A stretch of DNA of 64,000 nt from an uncultured virus (IMG/VR IMGVR_UViG_3300031758_000059) (Duplodnaviria; Heunggongvirae; Uroviricota; Caudoviricetes; Crassvirales), in IMG/VR virus record IMGVR_UViG_3300031758_000059, one strand, 5' to 3'. A program made the translations under genes and the position numbers. The notes under the pieces are model-generated. The model was not told the origin of the DNA and made no database searches. It saw only the letters and a list, made by a program, of their open reading frames with translations. How positions within the stretch are numbered: position 1 is the stretch's first letter; the number at the start of each line of letters is the position of its first letter. Positions 59,038 to 64,000 of the stretch are shown in pieces.

Positions 59038-59274
59038 TTAATGCACAACTCCGAGATAATCCGTACCCGTGATGCGGTAGACGTTTCCGGCCACTAAACC
59101 TGCAGCGAGTGCGGCAGCGTTATTTGCATACACAGGGACGCTTGGGATAGGGAGGGCGAGTATATCGCCAACTGTGAAGTTCTTGGTCTTGTTAGAATCT
59201 TCAGCATCTGTGCCGATAAGTTTATCGGCATAGGATACGTTATTGTCAGTTGCGTATGAATTAATAGTTCCCAT
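59038..59274 (-). CDS. Small fibre-anchor-like protein
   Basis: N-terminus resembles the N-terminus of the 1831-aa fibre. Confidence 0.6.
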   Translation of the reverse strand: MGTINSYATDNNVSYADKLIGTDAEDSNKTKNFTVGDILALPIPSVPVYANNAAALAAGLVAGNVYRITGTDYLGVVH

Positions 59275-59280
59275 GTGTGA

Positions 59281-59625
59281 TTAAGGATTAGGAGTAGCCC
59301 AAGGCAGAGGAAGTGATACTACCGGTGGGTTAATTAAATTTTCAATTTGTACTGCAAGACCTGCATCAATTGCAGGTGTGTCAAGACCTGCTTCAAGCCA
59401 TCCGCAAACCTGCTCAAAAGTAAGGTCTTCGTAAGGAGTGAAGTCTTCAGGTGATGGAGCAGGCACTGCAAGAGAGCCATACACATCAGCGAAGTAAGTG
59501 TTGTCACCAACTACATCAGTTGCGTTGCGTCTCCAATGCACAGTGAATACTACGTCATCGAGACCATCAGGAGTTGTAGGGTATTCATCCATCGCGGATA
59601 CAACCCAATTGTAAACGATTGCCAT
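59281..59625 (-). CDS. Tail-fibre-associated acidic protein (possible fibre chaperone)
   Basis: VVFTVHWR...FTPYEDLTFEQVCGWL...LPW; directly follows the fibre gene. Confidence 0.6.
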   Translation of the reverse strand: MAIVYNWVVSAMDEYPTTPDGLDDVVFTVHWRRNATDVVGDNTYFADVYGSLAVPAPSPEDFTPYEDLTFEQVCGWLEAGLDTPAIDAGLAVQIENLINPPVVSLPLPWATPNP

Positions 59626-59658
59626 TTTGTTTTTGTTTTTATTGATTAAGAAAATATT

Positions 59659-62600
59659 TTAACACCATCCGGGATTTACTATTGGAATATATACAAGCAC
59701 ACCATCTACCTCCACTTCTATCACTTTATTGCTTACCATAAATGATGCCGCAAAGTCAGCATAGGTTGTAGGCAGACCACAAGAGTTTGTGATTCTACTT
59801 CCGAGTTTCCATGGAACGGCAGTACCACCTGTAGGTGTTCCTGTTTTAATGGAGCCGTTAGAAACAAGGAAGTTTCCTGAGAAAACATCAGTTGCGGTAG
59901 CGGTTATTGACACACGACCTGCACCACCTGCACCAATAGTCAAAGAGTCATCACCATGATAGTAGGAGAAGTAACCTCTGTATTCCTTATTGGTCCCGTC
60001 AGTACCATCCGCAAAGTAAATACCTCCTGTACCTGTGGTGTTATTGGCAATGGTCATACCTGCAAGTGTAGTACCTGTGCTTCCAAGAACAAGCGTATTG
60101 GCATCTCCCGAAAAGTCACCGGGGTTGGTGTTCCCGATACCTACGTTACCTGTTGATGTAATACGCATTCTTTCAACAGGAGTATTAGACCCTGATATTG
60201 GAGATGTTGAAAATATAATACTACTTGGACTTCCAAAAGAGCTATAAGAGTCTTGAGATAAGTTTATCTCAGAACCCCCATATAGATTTCTAATCTTAAA
60301 TGCAGTTAATCCATTTCCTTGACCATAATCGTGATAAATCGCACCTTCTCCATAACCACCGGAACTTGTTAGTAAAATCCCTTCGTTAGCGTGTGAAGAA
60401 TTGCTAATAGCTATTGTTAATTTAGCAGTAGGACCACTTGTACCAATACCTACATTCCCACCTGCCGCAATACGCATTCTCTCACCATTTGTTCCCTCGT
60501 TAAATGCTATATAGCTACCTGCGCAAACATTAAATCCTAAAGAACCGGAAGCAAATTGACCAATACCTACGTCATTATGAATGCCGCCAAAATCTTCAAA
60601 TTTTATTCTAAAGAAGTCTTCGCTTGATGGCGCTCCATAAGAAGCTTTACCAAATGTTAATGGAGAAGTGGGGTTTGTGGTTCCAATACCTACCAATCCT
60701 GCACCTGTTACTCGAGCAACCTCACCATTACCATTATAAAATAGAGCTACATTATCAGTAGTGTTTGATGAGTAAGCAAGAAGACCTGCTTTGCCTGACC
60801 AATTCACATCTGAACCAATTCCTGCCACAACGCCAAATCCGTTTGTATTACTATTTGATGTAAGACCAAATACCCCATAAGCATGCCCCGTAGTATGTGC
60901 GGTTGTTGTACCAACTCTACCGTAAATAGCAACGATTCCACCGTTAATATTTATTGATGTACTACCATCTACTTCTGTTAAGACACCGGTAGCCCTACCA
61001 TTTGCAAGGGCTGTTGTTTCAGTAAAAGAAAGATAAACTCCTGTTACGCTATTTGAACCCAATCTTACAGTTGGAATGTTAGCTCTTATAGCATAATAAG
61101 GAGGTCTTAAGTCTGTATCAACAGTTGCTAATTCTAAACCTGTTACTGTTCTTCCGTTAAAGTTTATACCCAATTTTGACGCAGGAGCACTTGTTCCAAT
61201 TGCAACATTACCACCTGATGTTATTCTCATGCGTTCGGATATAGCGCCACCGCTTGCAGTACCTATGTATAAATCAGCAGCATTAGTAGACTCTCCACCA
61301 TTCTGTATTGAAACACCAAACACAGCAGCATCTTTATTTGCCCCTGTGGTATTCTGCATTATAGAAATAACATTAGTAGAACTTGTGCTTATTGCTGAGT
61401 TAACAGATAGTTTTGAAGTTGGAGTAGTTGTTGCAACACCAACATTACCGGCAGACGTAATACGCATACGCTCGGTTATAGAGGATGGATATGCACCACC
61501 ACCACTATTAAATGTAAATACAGCACCTCCTTCTTTATTGGTACTCTCATTATATACAGTGATGGTAGCAGCAGCACCTCTATTTGTTATAGGTCTAAAT
61601 GCGAGAGATACCGCATGACTGCTTGACGTTGTACCGGGGTCATTTGCAGTTAATAGTAAAGCTGTTGTAGTTCTTATATCAGAACTATTAAAAGTAGTAA
61701 GTGTTCCATAATTAGACACTAATATACTATCAGGAGAAGTTGTTCCTATTCCTACTCTTGAACTAAAATATGATGTACCAATTACTCCAAATTCAAGTGA
61801 TGTGCCATTCCAATAAGAATATTGTTTTTGTGAGCCACTTACTGCTAAATTTGCAATATACCCTGCACTTGCAGATGTTTTATTGATATTTAACATATTG
61901 CCTGCGCCACTCACATCAAGTGTATATGAAGGAGAAGAAGTACCTATACCAACCAATCCCCCCGATGTGATTCGCATTTTTTCTGTTACAGAGCCACCAA
62001 TTTTTGTTTTAAAATATAAAGCTCCATCACCATCTCCTTGAAGAAGTGCTCCTACAATTCCCCAAGTATATGCACCACCATTATTTGTAAAAGTAATATT
62101 TGGAACATCAGAGTTATTTGATGCTTGAACGATTCCAAGACTTAAGAATCTTGCAGTACCGTTTACGTCTAACTTGTATGCAGGAGAAACAGTTCCAATA
62201 CCAACATTGTCAGCAGCAAATATACTTCCTGAGTTAGCGTAGAAATATCCTTCAACACCTGATAAGTTTTTCTCATTTGTTCCTGTACCGGGAGTTCCTA
62301 TGGCGTTTACAACACTAAATCCACTATCAGTACCATTGTATGCTTGCCACTGAAGCGTTGTGTTTGCGCCTAAGAAATCACTACCATACAAAACTTGTAC
62401 CCATATTTCACAGTTTCCACAACCACCCGTCATTCTTGCTTTTACCTGAACAACCATTCGGTTGTAAGTATTGCGCTGCCATTGAACAAAAGGTAAAGAA
62501 CAAGTATTTGATACAGTGATTTCTCCTTCTTCCTCAGAAGTATTAGTATTAACTCGATAGTAAATCTTATCTGTAGTAAATGCACCACAAGTTCCTAAAT

Positions 62601-64000
62601 GAACCCAAACAGTGCCATAAGTAATTGAGTTAGGAATTGCTAATACATTGTTCCCATATCCATAAACTCTTTCATGTCTGCTTGTTCCAACAAGATGCAA
62701 AGTTCTGCTTGGAGCAGTAGTTCCAATACCTATATATCCTGTGCTTCCTTGTAAATAAAATCTCTGAGTTCCACTAACTCTTAAAGATATGTTTTGTGCA
62801 GTACTTGGAACATTTATGTAAGAATCTCCTGCAAGGCTTTGAGCTCCAAGATAAAAAAGTGTTTGATTAATACCGGGGTCAACATTTTTAACTGTAAAGT
62901 TTCCATAAGCCCCACCTGCAGGATTCATCTGAAACTCATAAGTGGTATTAACCGATGATGAGTTTGAAGGCTTGAATGTGCCAATTAATGTAGGGCCACC
63001 ACCAACAGCTCCTGATATATTCATCACACCTATGTTCGCATCTCCATTAACATGAAGATTTGCTGTAGGAGAACTTGTCCCTACTCCTACATACCCACCA
63101 TCAGGATTAAGAGCTAAGTGCGCCCATGTTGAAGCACTACCTGCATTATCTGTTACCTGTAATTTTACATAGGAATCATTTGAGTATATAGTCATTCCTC
63201 TTGTTCCACCGCCACCTCCACCTGTAGTAAATCGAGCAATGTTATTCCCTACGGCTCCACCATTCACTTCAAGTTTATATCCGGGACTACTTGTATTAAT
63301 TCCCACATTACCCGAAGAAGTAATACGCATTTTTTCAGTAGCACCATAAGCAGTGGTAGTTGCAAATGCTAAGTGTCCTGTATTCCAATTCCCATCTCCT
63401 GAGTCTCCTGCAAGAATACCATATATAGCAGCATAGTTATTATTATAACTTCCGCTTGTTGTCCTTGAGCTAAAACTAATTATAGGAGAGAATGAACCAA
63501 CAGAATAAACATTATTGGTCAAATCAAGACCTCCTCCTATTGAAGCATTAGAAGTATTTGAAGAGGTAACAGTAATACCTTCAGCGTTAAAAGAATTACC
63601 GGTTCCATTTATATATGGTAAACGAGCCCCTAAATAAGACCCAAGAGTTAAACGAGTTGCAGTAGAAGTTGTGCCAATACCTACATTATTATAAAAAATC
63701 ACGTCACCCCAAGGCTGAATATCCATTCTTAATGATGGAGCAGTAGTGGAATTAGATGCGTTTCCTGTAAAGAATCCAATACCTTGTATTGCCCAAGAAG
63801 TTTGATTAGTTGGCCTAATTGATGCAGAGTCTTTTGTGTACGATGTATTCTTCCAAACAATACCATGAGAATAGCCATTTGGTTGTTGAAACACAAGGTC
63901 ATAGTCAGAAGATATATAAAGACCTCCACCTTCAACTTGAAGCTTGTATGTTGGAGCAGTAGTGCCAATACCCACATTACCATCCCCTGTTATACGCATT
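59659..64000 (-). CDS. Giant tail-fibre protein, C-terminal part (5' end beyond the right edge)
   Basis: At least 1446 aa with more than 10 ERMRITSxGNVGIGT-type repeats; the first Met is an internal repeat Met. Confidence 0.85.
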   Translation of the reverse strand, partial: MRITGDGNVGIGTTAPTYKLQVEGGGLYISSDYDLVFQQPNGYSHGIVWKNTSYTKDSASIRPTNQTSWAIQGIGFFTGNASNSTTAPSLRMDIQPWGDVIFYNNVGIGTTSTATRLTLGSYLGARLPYINGTGNSFNAEGITVTSSNTSNASIGGGLDLTNNVYSVGSFSPIISFSSRTTSGSYNNNYAAIYGILAGDSGDGNWNTGHLAFATTTAYGATEKMRITSSGNVGINTSSPGYKLEVNGGAVGNNIARFTTGGGGGGTRGMTIYSNDSYVKLQVTDNAGSASTWAHLALNPDGGYVGVGTSSPTANLHVNGDANIGVMNISGAVGGGPTLIGTFKPSNSSSVNTTYEFQMNPAGGAYGNFTVKNVDPGINQTLFYLGAQSLAGDSYINVPSTAQNISLRVSGTQRFYLQGSTGYIGIGTTAPSRTLHLVGTSRHERVYGYGNNVLAIPNSITYGTVWVHLGTCGAFTTDKIYYRVNTNTSEEEGEITVSNTCSLPFVQWQRNTYNRMVVQVKARMTGGCGNCEIWVQVLYGSDFLGANTTLQWQAYNGTDSGFSVVNAIGTPGTGTNEKNLSGVEGYFYANSGSIFAADNVGIGTVSPAYKLDVNGTARFLSLGIVQASNNSDVPNITFTNNGGAYTWGIVGALLQGDGDGALYFKTKIGGSVTEKMRITSGGLVGIGTSSPSYTLDVSGAGNMLNINKTSASAGYIANLAVSGSQKQYSYWNGTSLEFGVIGTSYFSSRVGIGTTSPDSILVSNYGTLTTFNSSDIRTTTALLLTANDPGTTSSSHAVSLAFRPITNRGAAATITVYNESTNKEGGAVFTFNSGGGAYPSSITERMRITSAGNVGVATTTPTSKLSVNSAISTSSTNVISIMQNTTGANKDAAVFGVSIQNGGESTNAADLYIGTASGGAISERMRITSGGNVAIGTSAPASKLGINFNGRTVTGLELATVDTDLRPPYYAIRANIPTVRLGSNSVTGVYLSFTETTALANGRATGVLTEVDGSTSININGGIVAIYGRVGTTTAHTTGHAYGVFGLTSNSNTNGFGVVAGIGSDVNWSGKAGLLAYSSNTTDNVALFYNGNGEVARVTGAGLVGIGTTNPTSPLTFGKASYGAPSSEDFFRIKFEDFGGIHNDVGIGQFASGSLGFNVCAGSYIAFNEGTNGERMRIAAGGNVGIGTSGPTAKLTIAISNSSHANEGILLTSSGGYGEGAIYHDYGQGNGLTAFKIRNLYGGSEINLSQDSYSSFGSPSSIIFSTSPISGSNTPVERMRITSTGNVGIGNTNPGDFSGDANTLVLGSTGTTLAGMTIANNTTGTGGIYFADGTDGTNKEYRGYFSYYHGDDSLTIGAGGAGRVSITATATDVFSGNFLVSNGSIKTGTPTGGTAVPWKLGSRITNSCGLPTTYADFAASFMVSNKVIEVEVDGVLVYIPIVNPGWC

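Noticed and set aside
1..64000. Exact circular closure of the window
   Set aside because: Joining 64000 to 1 breaks the fibre reading frame, and I saw no terminal overlap.
59659..64000. Diversity-generating retroelement or invertible fibre system
   Set aside because: No reverse transcriptase or recombinase recognised, and no near-identical template/variable repeat pair seen.
1..64000. Prophage or integration module
   Set aside because: No integrase, repressor/antirepressor pair or flanking host genes recognised.

Overview
The window is a nearly complete (about 64 kb or slightly longer) lytic-type tailed phage genome. Bacteroidota-type TAnnTTTG promoters and A-rich, Shine-Dalgarno-free leaders point to a Bacteroidota host. 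It is cut inside a giant tail-fibre gene: a fibre N-terminal part lies at 1-3316 and a C-terminal part at 59659-64000, probably one gene. Layout: a minus-strand block of fibres, lysis genes, small basic proteins and GroES/GroEL (1-15.4 kb); a non-coding control region (14.8-15.9 kb); a plus-strand early and replication arm with an amidoligase, a GATase-GGCT fusion, two DnaA-domain-IV-like proteins, an annealing protein, exonuclease, primase-helicase, SF2 helicase and nucleases (15.9-29.3 kb); and a minus-strand podovirus-like morphogenesis arm (29.3-64 kb). The main observations are: (1) two tandem type I hammerhead ribozymes with identical stem I bracket a 66-aa gene, so a 266-nt RNA could be excised and possibly circularised; (2) a 16-bp palindrome GTGTCTTNNAAGACAC occurs 8 times, including inside genes in three different reading frames; (3) two parS-like sites with no par gene; (4) a tRNA-like element lacking the D-arm in the early operon; (5) apparent avoidance of CCAG/CTGG and GATC. 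All protein calls come from motif recognition by eye; no database search was run.
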